DNA of 64,000 nucleotides. Source: a virus. Positions 54,001 to 64,000 of the stretch are shown piece after piece. The stretch's first letter is position 1; each line of letters opens with the position of its first letter. The notes below the pieces were generated by a model. That model was given only the letters and a program-made list of their open reading frames with translations, was not told the origin of the DNA and did no database searches. Position numbers and translations under genes: made by a program. The stretch lies in the IMG/VR virus record IMGVR_UViG_3300042864_001285; one strand, written 5' to 3'.

Positions 54001-57000
54001 TTTACCAGGTGATTCAAATTACCGTGTTATGCCAAACCTTTCATTTGAAAAGGTACAACACAGACGTTGGGCAATGTCTGATATTTCGGACCTACAAACA
54101 CGTGTTAACAATATTGAATATTACACTTCACTGAGTTTGTTGGAAAAACAAGCGGCAGATTTGCAGGTGCCTGATGCAAGAGGTTTGAATCGTTTCAAGA
54201 ACGGTATTCTTGTTGATAACTTCACAAGTTTTTCAACAGCAGACACAGGAAATTCAGACTATTCCGCAAAAATTAATAAACGTCTTTCGTTAATGACTGC
54301 AACAGATTGGGTTTTGAATGCTCCTTTGTTTGCTAAAGATGGTTTCAATGCATATGGAAGTCTTTCTGCGGCCGCACAAACAACATTAGGATACAAATAC
54401 CACACATCAACTGGTGGCGCTTCATCATTAATCACTTTACCGTACACAACAGCCAATTTGGCTGTACAAAAATTAGCGAGTAGCACTGTCAGTTTGAATC
54501 CATTTGCAGTTACTATTGGTGAAGGCTTACTTGATATTAATCCGCCTTTGGATATGTGGATTTCTACAACGAGAGATCCAGATATTCTTATCACTGATCC
54601 AAATATGTCAATCTATCAGGCAGGTACAACCCTCAATCAGTTGGCGGCTACGGATTGGCAAGGAATTGCTGGCACAACTTATAGCGCAACAACTCAGGTT
54701 GGAAATAGAGTTACAGTAAGTACATACCAGAGTCAAGCACAACAAACCATTTCTGGAAACTATGATAAAGTTTCATCATTGAATGGAACTTATTTGACCG
54801 ATGTGACCTTGTTGCCATATATTCGTGGCCAAAATTTAATTGTTCGTGCGAAAGGTATGAAGATTAATACCCCTGTTTCCGTATTTTTTGATAATGTAAA
54901 AGTAAATGATTATTTTATTCAGCCAAATGCAATAACATTAACAAATGTTAACGGAACATTCGATGAAGGTGATGTGGTAGGTTTCTTCACAGCAGGAACA
55001 TTTACACCAACAGGTCGGGTTTTATCTGCAACGAAACTGAGTTCGACTTCTGTAAGACTGTATATTTCTTCTGATAAAAAATCATCTACATACAGCACAA
55101 ATGCGATAATGCAGAATGCGAGATTTGACCAAACTGGAACATACATAGCTAATACAGCTTTTGGAACATATTCGAATGCAACAGCTACACAAATTTCTTT
55201 GAGTGGTGAAATTCAAGCATCAACCGGATCAGCATCAACTTTACCTGGTGGCGGAACATATTACTCCAGTGTAACATCACTTACACTTGGTCCAACAGCA
55301 TCTTCTGTAACAGATTTTTATGTTGGTTCGAAAGTTAATATCACCACCGTAAATCAAAGAGCGATTGTAACCAGAGCAGTAATTGGACAACAATGGGTGG
55401 GTGATTGGGAAAGTGCAGCGTGGCTTGAAGATGTTTACGGTGATATCACAACATGGGAGAATAAAAATGAATATTATTCTGCCACAATTACAGCATACAA
55501 TGGTACAACAAAAGTTGCCACACTTGGAACACCAGTAAATATTTCTCTTGGCACAAACCAAACAACCTTTGGTGCACCTTCCGTAAGAGGTAGAATTAAT
55601 TCTGGTTATTCTATTTCTGGAACAACATTCTTAATTTCACAGGCTGGAAGTTTAGGACAAGTTCCTATGCTCTCAACGGACGAACAGGGTAATTTTTCAG
55701 GCATTTTCCAAGTGCCGGCCAACACATTCAAGACGGGTGATAGACTGTTGAGGGTTGATAATCGATCAACTGATTTTGATCCTAATTCGGCTACAACATT
55801 TGCACAAGGTATTTTTACTGCATCCTCACTTGCAACAAAGAGTCAGTCACTAAATTTTGGTGCTACAGTGCAGGCGGCCGCCAAGTCTACCGTGTTCACA
55901 TCAATACAGAATCGTGATAATGTATTAATTAATCAATTTTCTTACACTGTTGATCCTGTTGCACAGACATTCATCATTGATAAAGCAACGTATCCAAATG
56001 GTGCATTCATCAGTTCTATTAAGGTTTACTTCAAATCTAAACCAACTGCAACAAATTCACCGGCAGTGAGATTGTTTATTACTGATACTGTGAATGGTTA
56101 TCCTGATGGTCAAGCACTTGATGGAACATTGGTGGTTAGGACTGCACAGCAAATTAATGTTTCAAACGCACCTCAATATTTGGATGCTTCAACATATACG
56201 GAATTCACATTTGATGCTCCCGTTTATATCAGACCAGGCAATTTGTATGCATTTGTGTTACAAACAACAACTCCGGATTATGAAATTTGGGTTGGTGCAC
56301 AAAATGCTATTGCAGTTCCTTCTTCAGTTAAGAATCTTCCAACTGATGCAACACCAACATCACTGACAAAAATTGGTGGAACACCATATATTGGCTCATT
56401 ATTTGAATCTCAAAATGGTATTACTTGGACTGCCGATCAAACAAAACAAATGATGTTTGTAATTGATAATTGTGTGTTCAATACATTGTCTGCACCAACA
56501 GTACAGTACATCGTACCAAAACAAGTACCAATGAGAAAATTGATAAACACAGATTTGGAATATTTTGCAAACACAGGAAATAATTTGACAAACTTGGATG
56601 GTAACTACTTTGGTAGAGATGTTCGTGCTGATGCCTTTAACGTAACGGTTACTGATTTCACCCCAACAGGAACATCACTCTCTTATACTTACACATCTAG
56701 ACTATATTCAGACTATTCAACCGATTCAACAAGAGATGTTCAGCCAGGCAGATATGCTACTACAATGCAAGATCATATCTATTTGGATGATGGAAAAGGT
56801 CCAAGAGTTATTGATAGTAATTCAGCATCTTCGTTTGTATTAACTGCATCAATGACAACAACAGATAAGTATGTTTCTCCTGTTGTTGCTGATGATGGAA
56901 CATCTGTTTATGTTATCAAGTATTCCATTAATAATATGTCGTTGGCTAATACAGATATTAATGTGACATCCGGTAATACCATTGGTGTAACAGCAAACTA

Positions 57001-57652
57001 TTCTTCAACACCACCAGCAGTTACAATCTCCGCACCAACAGCAGGTGATGGCACACAAGCATTTGCTACCGCAAACTTGGTATATAACCCAGCAACAACT
57101 GGTTTCTATGTTGATAAGATTAATATTACAACTCCAGGCTCCGGTTATATTGAAACACCAACAATTACTATCGCATCAAACGGTACAATTTCTGCCACAG
57201 CAACCGTTTCGGGTGAAACGTCAGCCAAAGGTGGTAACGGATTGGCAAGATATATAACAAAACCTGTTGTATTGTCCTTCGATAACATATCCGGTGATTT
57301 GAGAGTATACTATACTGCATATAAACCACTAGGTTCACAAGTTTATGTTTACTATAAAGTATTGAACAATAACGATACTGTTGCTTTGAATGACCAAAAC
57401 TGGAAATTAATGACGAATATTGGTGAATCTCCAAATTCATTCTCATTAAGTCGAGAAGACATTAGAGAGTATGTTGCTGCACCAGGTACTGGTGGCCAGG
57501 CAGATAATCAAATTTCTTATACAAGTACCAGCGGTTCCACATTTACAACATTTGGCCAATTTGCAATTAAGATTGTTCTTGCAACATCAGATACAACAAA
57601 GACTCCAATCGTGCATGACCTACGTGTTCTAGCGTTACCATCAGGTATTTAA
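51089..57652 (+). CDS. giant virion structural/fibre protein (2187 aa)
   Basis: It is a single uninterrupted ORF with the SD AAGGA. Its T/S/N/G-rich composition is typical of fibre or adhesin proteins. Confidence 0.55.
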   Translation: MLNFNVDPYYDDFDPNNHYHRVLFRPGRAVQARELTQSQTILQDQISKFANHIFKQNTPVSGGQVTINTNAVYLRLNTTYNDNDITASDFLNQIITDGTGTIYAKVVATEEATSTDSPTLIVTYLSGKQFSASDIIYSSTTSTTAQIVPTDFTGLSCTASVSEGVFYIINGYSFSDVQNDDGTYSRYSIGNFVSLQPQTIIVQKYGNTPTKRIGLSISEFVSDYVTDPALLDPAVGATNYQAPGADRYTITLTLDTKNLTLGSDSGFIELTRITEGTVQRLVDGTVYGVINDYFAKRTYDTNGDFVVQDFKVIPKANTTAGSSNTTYQLQVGKGVAYNKGYRVENTLDTTLETTRARTTASINNNFLSVDYGNFLYVNNANGVFDTSAIVAVDFHCINANSSLVTTNTTTYNSTKVGSGYLRGLSHYSATDAANTQSYVYKAYVSDFQSSVLTGAVSSATPAGNVVFTDTTGKFNGTVANTYFNVTLTIDSGPGAGYSGRIVSYNEATKTATVENPFTVAPTSSSTFSLRFDTKNYNMMVVPTSTGFNRSASAGIDPIVGKVPNNVSNGNTTLFNGVSPELLFNVGYPYLFNLSDTSYSSWKTTRAVSFASGVAQFNLGTADLTFNGTSSAIQSSSEVQTNWIVVVTDGQSSGFGTGNVINFTTGSGTRKIELDSTKKIATLTAGSSTFTATIIAKVAVTNAGTTSLALKSKNLFTANTTGVNLTGTNVGGVRVDLTNAQVYIPYVNLVTPGSKQSLYISDVKRIVKIIDTGTPTTIPTNAMLTNSAYDVTNNFLFDNGQTDSYYGHSSFRLKPGGPQPKGALLVLLDYYLHSGGDGYFSVNSYLGAGDGGVSTSPENYAEISSYTSKAGTTYTLRDAIDFRLSQVNAQSTFAFRYSGSIATTGGTLLPQDLSNFITDYTYYLGRKDLLVLTKDNNFTIVNGKPANNPTFPTTPDGSLLLGKITLDPYTAYLPGDSNYRVMPNLSFEKVQHRRWAMSDISDLQTRVNNIEYYTSLSLLEKQAADLQVPDARGLNRFKNGILVDNFTSFSTADTGNSDYSAKINKRLSLMTATDWVLNAPLFAKDGFNAYGSLSAAAQTTLGYKYHTSTGGASSLITLPYTTANLAVQKLASSTVSLNPFAVTIGEGLLDINPPLDMWISTTRDPDILITDPNMSIYQAGTTLNQLAATDWQGIAGTTYSATTQVGNRVTVSTYQSQAQQTISGNYDKVSSLNGTYLTDVTLLPYIRGQNLIVRAKGMKINTPVSVFFDNVKVNDYFIQPNAITLTNVNGTFDEGDVVGFFTAGTFTPTGRVLSATKLSSTSVRLYISSDKKSSTYSTNAIMQNARFDQTGTYIANTAFGTYSNATATQISLSGEIQASTGSASTLPGGGTYYSSVTSLTLGPTASSVTDFYVGSKVNITTVNQRAIVTRAVIGQQWVGDWESAAWLEDVYGDITTWENKNEYYSATITAYNGTTKVATLGTPVNISLGTNQTTFGAPSVRGRINSGYSISGTTFLISQAGSLGQVPMLSTDEQGNFSGIFQVPANTFKTGDRLLRVDNRSTDFDPNSATTFAQGIFTASSLATKSQSLNFGATVQAAAKSTVFTSIQNRDNVLINQFSYTVDPVAQTFIIDKATYPNGAFISSIKVYFKSKPTATNSPAVRLFITDTVNGYPDGQALDGTLVVRTAQQINVSNAPQYLDASTYTEFTFDAPVYIRPGNLYAFVLQTTTPDYEIWVGAQNAIAVPSSVKNLPTDATPTSLTKIGGTPYIGSLFESQNGITWTADQTKQMMFVIDNCVFNTLSAPTVQYIVPKQVPMRKLINTDLEYFANTGNNLTNLDGNYFGRDVRADAFNVTVTDFTPTGTSLSYTYTSRLYSDYSTDSTRDVQPGRYATTMQDHIYLDDGKGPRVIDSNSASSFVLTASMTTTDKYVSPVVADDGTSVYVIKYSINNMSLANTDINVTSGNTIGVTANYSSTPPAVTISAPTAGDGTQAFATANLVYNPATTGFYVDKINITTPGSGYIETPTITIASNGTISATATVSGETSAKGGNGLARYITKPVVLSFDNISGDLRVYYTAYKPLGSQVYVYYKVLNNNDTVALNDQNWKLMTNIGESPNSFSLSREDIREYVAAPGTGGQADNQISYTSTSGSTFTTFGQFAIKIVLATSDTTKTPIVHDLRVLALPSGI

Positions 57653-57653
57653 T

Positions 57654-57881
57654 ATGTTAGTTGACGTAAGAGAATCTAAATTTGTACGTGACACTAAATC
57701 TATGGCGCTGTTGAACAAAGACAGTGCCGCTAGAGATGAATATTATTCTAAAGTTAGAATGATGACCTTGCAAAAAGAAGAAATAAATAACATAAAGACT
57801 GAGATTGCGTCAGTGAAATCTGACGTAAATGATATCAAAGAACTACTGAAGCAATTAATAGGCAAAGGCAGCAATGGCTAA
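57654..57881 (+). CDS. small coiled-coil protein (75 aa), possible fibre assembly factor
   Basis: It is heptad-rich and immediately precedes the fibre gene. Its stop overlaps the next ATG. Confidence 0.4.
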   Translation: MLVDVRESKFVRDTKSMALLNKDSAARDEYYSKVRMMTLQKEEINNIKTEIASVKSDVNDIKELLKQLIGKGSNG

Positions 57882-60800
57882 TCAAATTACACCTCTAAGT
57901 TATGCCAACACGTTTGGTGATTGGGTAACTACAACCAATAAAGTGTTGGCGGAAACCAATGATATTGGTGCGAACAATTATACCAAAAATACCGGTACTT
58001 TTATTATCAATTCCGCCGGAACTGGTTTACAAGTTGCAAATGATGCAATTGTTCAAGGTTCTTTTCAAGTTACTGGCACCGGTTCTTCTGCGACAATTCA
58101 GAATAACTTAACAGTTTCTCAGGGCACAATATTTGCGGCGAACACAATAGGTCTTGGACTTAACGTTGCAGGTGTGGCTAACATCGCAAACTTACAGGTT
58201 CTAGGGACGGGCTTGAATAATGCAGGTGGTCCTAGCCTTTATGTTGCAAATAATACTATCCTTAATGGTAACACAACACTTGCAAACAATTTAGTTGTTG
58301 GTGGTAATACAAGAGTTGCCAACATTATTTCAAATACTTGGGTACAATCCGCAACACTTTATACATCAACAGCTTATACACAAAACTTAACTGCAAACTT
58401 AGAAATTAATGCTGGTTGGGCAAACGTTGCTGGTGCAGTTAACGCAAGAACAATTTCAGCTAACGTATCTGTTAACACAGCATCATTATATACATCCAGT
58501 AATGCGTATGTAATGTCGTTGAATTCGAATTCATACGTTACCACATCTAATGTATATTCATTGACGGCTAACGTTGATAGTTTATCGGCTAACGTTTTTG
58601 TTAACACCGCCACGTTATATACGTCTAGCAATGCATATGTAATGTCATTGAATTCTAATAGCTATGTTACAACAACGGAGGCATTCACTACAAGGCTTCA
58701 AGTTGGTAACATGGTTGCCAACACTGGTATTACAACTGCTGGTCTTGTTGCCAATAACACCGTGGTAACAGCCGGTTTAGTTGCCAATAACACCGTGGTA
58801 ACAGCCGGTTTAGTTGCCAATAACACCGTGGTAACAGCCGGTTTAGTTGCCAATAATACGGTCAACACAAACTTCTTAAGTGCTAATTCATTTGTTAACA
58901 CAGCATCATTATATACATCCAGTAATGCGTATGTAATGTCATTGAATTCTAATAGCTATGTTACCACATCCAATGTATATTCATTAACAGCCAACGTTAA
59001 TAGTGTGTCAGCTAACGTTTTTGTTAACACGGCCACATTATATACGTCTAGCAATGCATATGCAATGTCGTTAAACTCCAACAGTTATGTTACCACAACA
59101 GAAACATTTACAACCAGATTACAGGCTGGTAATATTGTTGCTAATACTGGAGTTATAACAACTGCCGTTGTTGCCAACACGGGCGTTGTGACCGCTGGTT
59201 TAGTGGCTAATAGTACCATTGTGACCGCTGGTTTAGTGGCTAATAGTACCATTGTGACCGCTGGTTTAGTGGCTAATAGTACCATTATAACTGCTGCTCT
59301 GGTTGCTAATACTGGTGTTAATACAAATTTCTTGAGTGCCAATTCTTTTGTCAATACAGCTTCACTCTATACATCTAGCAATGCATATGTAATGTCGTTG
59401 AATTCGAATTCATACGTTACCACATCTAATGTATATTCATTGACGGCTAACGTTGATAGTTTATCGGCTAACATTTTTGTTAACACTAGAATTGTTTATG
59501 CGGATACGGCAAACATTAAAGGTATTACTGCTAACTCATACGTTAACACTGGCATTCTCTATGCTAATACCGTAGATTCAACAACATTGGCCGCCAATAG
59601 TTCCATCACATCACTTGGAACTTTGAACGTTGCTGGATCGGCAGTTTTGGCTGGTCAATTGAATGTAGATTCCGTTTCCGCCAACACAATGGTGAACACA
59701 GCATCATTATATACATCCAGTACTGCGTATGTAATGTCATTGAATTCAAATTCATATGTAACAACAACAGAATCATTCTCCACCAGAATTCAAGGTGGAA
59801 ATATTGTTGCTAACACTGGATTAATTGGTGGTACAATCACGGCTAACACTATACTATCTGGTGGTTCTGCTAACATTGTTGGTATTGCTAACGCAAACAC
59901 TATGAACACTGGCACATTGTCTGCGGTGACAACAGTTATTGGTGGTACAATCACTGCTAACACACAACTAAATGCCGATTCGGCTAACATTGTTGGCCTA
60001 CTGGATGCCGGCTCCGCTAGAATTGCTACGATAATTGCCAACACATCCTTAGTCGGTGGTACAATCACGGCTAATACCCAATTGAATGTTGGTTCAGCTA
60101 ACGTAGTTGGTTTATTAGATGCCGGCTCCGCTAGAATTGCTACGATAATTGCCAACACATCCTTAGTCGGTGGTACAATCACGGCTAACACCACACTCTC
60201 TGGTGGTTCAGCAAACATTATTAACGCTATCAATGCCGCTTCGGCTAATATTGTTGGTATTGCTAACGCAAACACTATGAACGCTGGTTCAATTTCAGCA
60301 GTCACACATGTATATACGAACAGATTAACATCCAATGGTATAGCTAACCTACAATCTGCAAACGTACAATATATTTCTGTTGTTGATAACATTAACGTAA
60401 AGTTCTTGACTGCTAATACAGACATTTACACTGCAAATATCAACGTAAATAACATCTTTGCAAACAACTCAATTATTGCTGGTAAAGATTTAACTGTTAA
60501 AGGTAACTTTGTTATCGATGGTGGCACAGTTTATAACTCCGCAGAGTTTGACTTGTACGGTGCAACACCAATCACAGCATCACAAACCGCACAATTCGGT
60601 GTACAACGACAGTTATCGACAACTTCTGGTATAACACCAACAAACTTTGTTGGTGATGGAACTACAACTGTAACATGTAACCATGCCGGTGCAGTTACAG
60701 TAGCCACTGGACAATCCATAACAGTTGCAGGTGCAACAGGTACACAACAAACTAAATTGAATGGTACTTGGACTGTAACAAATGTAAACTCGACTTCATT

Positions 60801-63800
60801 TACTTTTGTTGTTACTGTTAATGTTTCAGCGGGAACACTTACAACAAATCTTGGAACAAGTACAATTGGTCCAGCTTTCTCACCAAATGCTTATATTAGA
60901 TTTGATAATGCTGATAGCATGTGGAAAATACGTGAGATTTCTGGTGCTAACCCTAACACATTTAATACAATCGTTACTGAAAAGTATACAGCTAACGTAA
61001 ACAATGCTGGTATTGTTCAGTTGAACGACACTGATACAAGCACAAGTACAACACAAGCCGCTACAGCAAACAGAATCAATCAGATGAGGTTGGATGTAAA
61101 TTCAAGAATTTCTTCCAACGTTGTTAACTCCGGTGCAGTTCTTGGTGTTGCACAACAGTATTCAACAACAATTACAGCCGCAGACCCTGGTGCAGGTTTC
61201 TTCCGACTGAACAATGCTACAATTTCTTCTGCAACCGCTGGTTACTTTGATAACCTTGACACATATGGTAATGATATTTCTACCATACTTACAGAATGGG
61301 GTCAATCAAACAGTGCAATCAAAGGTTACATCAGACTTTCTGTGTTTGGTTCACCAACATCGAAATATGCAGTATTTGCTATAGGTACAGTAACAGATTC
61401 AACAGGCTTCAGAACAGTTGTTCTCACATACGTTTCTGGTGTGGGCACATTCACTGACAATGATTTAGTGATGGTGCAATTCACTAGAGCAGGTAACATT
61501 GGACCACAAGGACCTATTGGACCAATCGGACCTATTGGACCAATCGGACCTATTGGACCAATCGGACCTATTGGACCACAAGGACCTATTGGACCACAAG
61601 GACCTATTGGACCAATCGGACCTATCGGACCACAAGGACCTATTGGACCCATTGGTAATACTGGACCACAGGGACCCATCGGACCAATCGGACCCATCGG
61701 ACCACAAGGACCTATTGGACCAATCGGACCTATTGGACCACAAGGACCTATTGGACCAATCGGGCCTATCGGACCACAAGGACCTATCGGACCCATTGGT
61801 AATACTGGACCACAGGGACCCATCGGACCAATCGGACCTATTGGACCACAGGGACCTATTGGACCAATCGGGCCTATCGGACCACAGGGACCTATTGGAC
61901 CTATTGGACCTATTGGACCACAAGGACCTATTGGACCTATTGGACCTATTGGACCTATTGGACCACAAGGACCTATCGGACCCATTGGTAATACTGGACC
62001 ACAGGGACCTATTGGACCTATTGGTAATATTGGACCACAGGGACCTATCGGACCCATCGGACCTATTGGACCTATTGGACCAATCGGACCTATTGGACCA
62101 CAAGGACCTATCGGACCCATAGGTGCACAAGGTACCACAAGTTTCAACGTATGTAATACAACAAACATTGTAAGTTGTATAAGTGGCACAGGCGGTGGAG
62201 GTACCAACAACTTCTTTGCTGGATTCTGTGCTGGCCGCTGCAACACCACTGGCGGCGACAGTAACAACTTCATTGGTCGCTGTGCTGGTTTCTTCAACAC
62301 CACCGGTAACTACAACACCTTCTTTGGTAACTCTGCTGGTCTCTGCAACACCACTGGCAGAGACAACTTCTTTGCTGGTCAATGTGCTGGTTTCAGCAAC
62401 ACCACCGGTAGCTACAACACCTTCATTGGTCGCTGTGCCGGCCGCAACAACACCACTGGCTCCCACAACACCTTCATTGGTCAAGGTGCTGGTCAATGCA
62501 ACACCACTGGCGTCAGCAACAACTTTATTGGCAGGTATGCTGGTCTCCGCAACACCGGGGGCGTCAGCAACAACTTCTTTGGTCGTTATGCTGGTCAATA
62601 CAACACAACCGGCAGCAACAACAACTTCTTTGGTCAAGATGCTGGTCTCTGCAACACCACTGGCTCCCACAACACCTTCATTGGTCAAGATGCTGGTCGC
62701 TTCAACACAGGGGGCAACCACAACAACTTTGCTGGTAATTGTGCTGGTCGCAGTAACACCACTGGCTGCTACAACAACTTCTTTGGTATCTGTGCTGGTG
62801 CAAGTAACACCACCGGCAGCTTGAACAACTTCTTTGGTCGTTGTGCCGGCCGCAACAACACCACTGGTAGTAACAACAACTTTTTTGGTTCATATGCTGG
62901 TCGCTTCAACACCACCGGTTGCAGCAATATTTTCATTGGTAACGATGCTGGTTACTGCAACACCACTGGCAGCTTCAACAACTTTTTTGGTTTCTGTGCT
63001 GGTTGCAAAAATACCACTGCTTGCCACAACACGTTTATTGGTTACCGTGCTGGTCTATACAATACCACTGGCGAACATAACTTCTTTGCTGGTTTCTGTG
63101 CTGGTTTCACCAACACCACTGGCAGCAACAACAACTTCATTGGTCGGAGTGCTGGTCTCTGCAACACCACCGGCAGTCACAACAACTTCTTTGGAGAAGC
63201 TGGTCGCTTCAACACCACCGGCAGCTACAACAACTTCTTTGGTTGCTGTGCCGGCCGCAACAACACCACTGGTAGTAACAACAACTTTATTGGTTATGAT
63301 GCTGGACGTTACAACACCACTGGCGCACATAACAACTTCTTTGGCCAAGCTGGTCGCTGCAACACAACCGGCAGCTACAACAACTTCTTTGGTGTCAATG
63401 CTGGTCTCAATAACACCACTGGTAGTAACAACAACTTTTTTGGCCAAAGTGCTGGTCGCTTAAACACCACTGGCCGCTACAACAACTTCTTTGGTTACTA
63501 TGCTGGTCGTAACAACACCACTGGCTGCCACAACACCTTCATTGGTTATGGTGCTGGTTGCTGTAACACCACAGGCGCCGATAACAACTTCATTGGTCAA
63601 TATGCCGGGCGTTGCAACACTACTGGCTCCAACAACTTATTATTTGGATGCGTTTCTGGTGTAGGCGCCGCTGGTCTTGCCAACATTACGACAGAATCTA
63701 ACCGTATTATTATGGGCAATTCTGCCCATACTTGCGCCCAAATACAAATTGCATGGACCGTAGTTTCTGATATTCGTGATAAGTGTGTATTCAGACCTGT

Positions 63801-64000
63801 ACCACATGGGCGTGGCTTCTTCCAGAAAATCAATCCAATCGAGTTCGCATTTAAAGATCGAACCACTGGTTGTTTAACAGATGCTGAAGGAAAAACACGT
63901 TACGGTTTCTCTGCTCAAGAAATTCTTGAAGCTGAAGGTGATCACAACGTTATTGTTTCGACAGAAAATGTTGATAAATTACAGATCACTAATGATTATA
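57877..64000 (+). CDS. tail fibre with collagen-like triple-helix region, 17-aa NTTG repeats and C-terminal S74 intramolecular-chaperone-like domain (3-prime truncated)
   Basis: Frame 1 is open from the ATG at 57877 to the window end. It is absent from the ORF track only because no stop falls inside the window. GPI/GPQ triplets run 61492-62133. Sequences SDIRDK and [10 protein letters not shown] are near the end. Confidence 0.65.
58474..59700 (+). repeat. tandem near-identical units of about 420-455 nt, with two internal 3 x 33-nt triplications, inside the fibre gene
   Basis: Units begin near 58474, 58897 and 59353, and a diverged copy begins near 59695. Triplications lie at about 58771-58869 and 59186-59290. 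Confidence 0.6.
61492..62133 (+). repeat. collagen-like G-X-Y region (about 71 triplets; GPI, GPQ, GNT)
   Basis: Uninterrupted Gly recurs at every third residue. Confidence 0.7.
62200..63640 (+). repeat. about 28 tandem 17-aa (51-nt) repeats, consensus NNFFGxxAGxxNTTGSx
   Basis: The period is regular, consistent with a beta-helix or beta-solenoid fibre shaft. Confidence 0.6.

Noticed and set aside
58374-60719. Minus-strand ORFs 58374..58631, 58698..58901, 59085..59354, 59790..60425 and 60531..60719
   Set aside because: They are antisense to the continuous frame-1 fibre ORF. They are repeat-driven ([11 protein letters not shown]...).
61326-63463. ORFs 61326..62303 (-), 61465..62721 (-), 61499..62122 (+, TTG start), 62183..62824 (+), 62834..63463 (+) and 63055..63447 (-)
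   Set aside because: They are alternative-frame or antisense readings of the collagen-like and 17-aa repeat regions. The frame-1 reading is continuous with the upstream fibre domains and the S74-like C-terminus.

Overview
This window looks like a segment of a T4-like myovirus genome. It is AT-rich (about 37% GC by eye) and carries marine cyano-/pelagi-myophage hallmarks: cobS, phoH, mazG, a 2OG-Fe(II) oxygenase, and gp59-gp32 adjacency. About 1-29.6 kb is an early or hyperplastic region packed with small genes. Many of these are preceded by their own near-consensus sigma70 promoter (TTGCCA/TTGACA-N16/17-TATAAT), frequently fused to a stem-loop. This matches the PeSL mobile regulatory cassettes described in T4-type phages. 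Within it, about 3.2-8.4 kb is a conspicuously GC-rich island (about 50% GC). It holds divergent promoter arrays, several apparently leaderless small genes, two very acidic small proteins, a P-loop ATPase, and an ORF-free 400-nt stretch with four phased DnaA-box 9-mers plus iteron-like repeats. Recognisable early genes are a CobT-like vWA protein (5-prime truncated), CobS-like AAA, a DEDD exonuclease, a Pnk-like kinase, a DUF2384 antitoxin-like protein, and a DUF262+HNH (GmrSD-like) nuclease bracketed by about 60-bp direct repeats. Further along are an NTase-fold protein, an SPFH lipoprotein, an AAA ATPase, a DenV-like glycosylase, MazG, a 2OG-Fe(II) oxygenase, PhoH, a PD-(D/E)XK nuclease, a GIY-YIG homing endonuclease flanked by 15-nt direct repeats, a SleB-like hydrolase, gp59, an NT5C-like HAD phosphatase and gp32. 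From 29.6 kb onward is the late structural module. It contains two paralogous tape-measure-like proteins (one with TolA-like K/A/D repeats and an SLT-like C-terminus), a baseplate hub and tube-family genes, a GT-B glycosyltransferase, and a gp4-like gene. These are followed by gp48/54-like, gp53-like, gp27-like, a gp5 OB-domain gene split from a separate beta-helix gene, gp25, gp6, several large wedge or fibre proteins, and a 2187-aa giant protein. The last gene (57877 to beyond 64000, 3-prime truncated) is a fibre with a 71-triplet collagen-like GPI/GPQ region, about 28 copies of a 17-aa NTTG repeat, and a C-terminal S74 intramolecular-chaperone-like domain. No tRNA, rRNA or CRISPR array was found.
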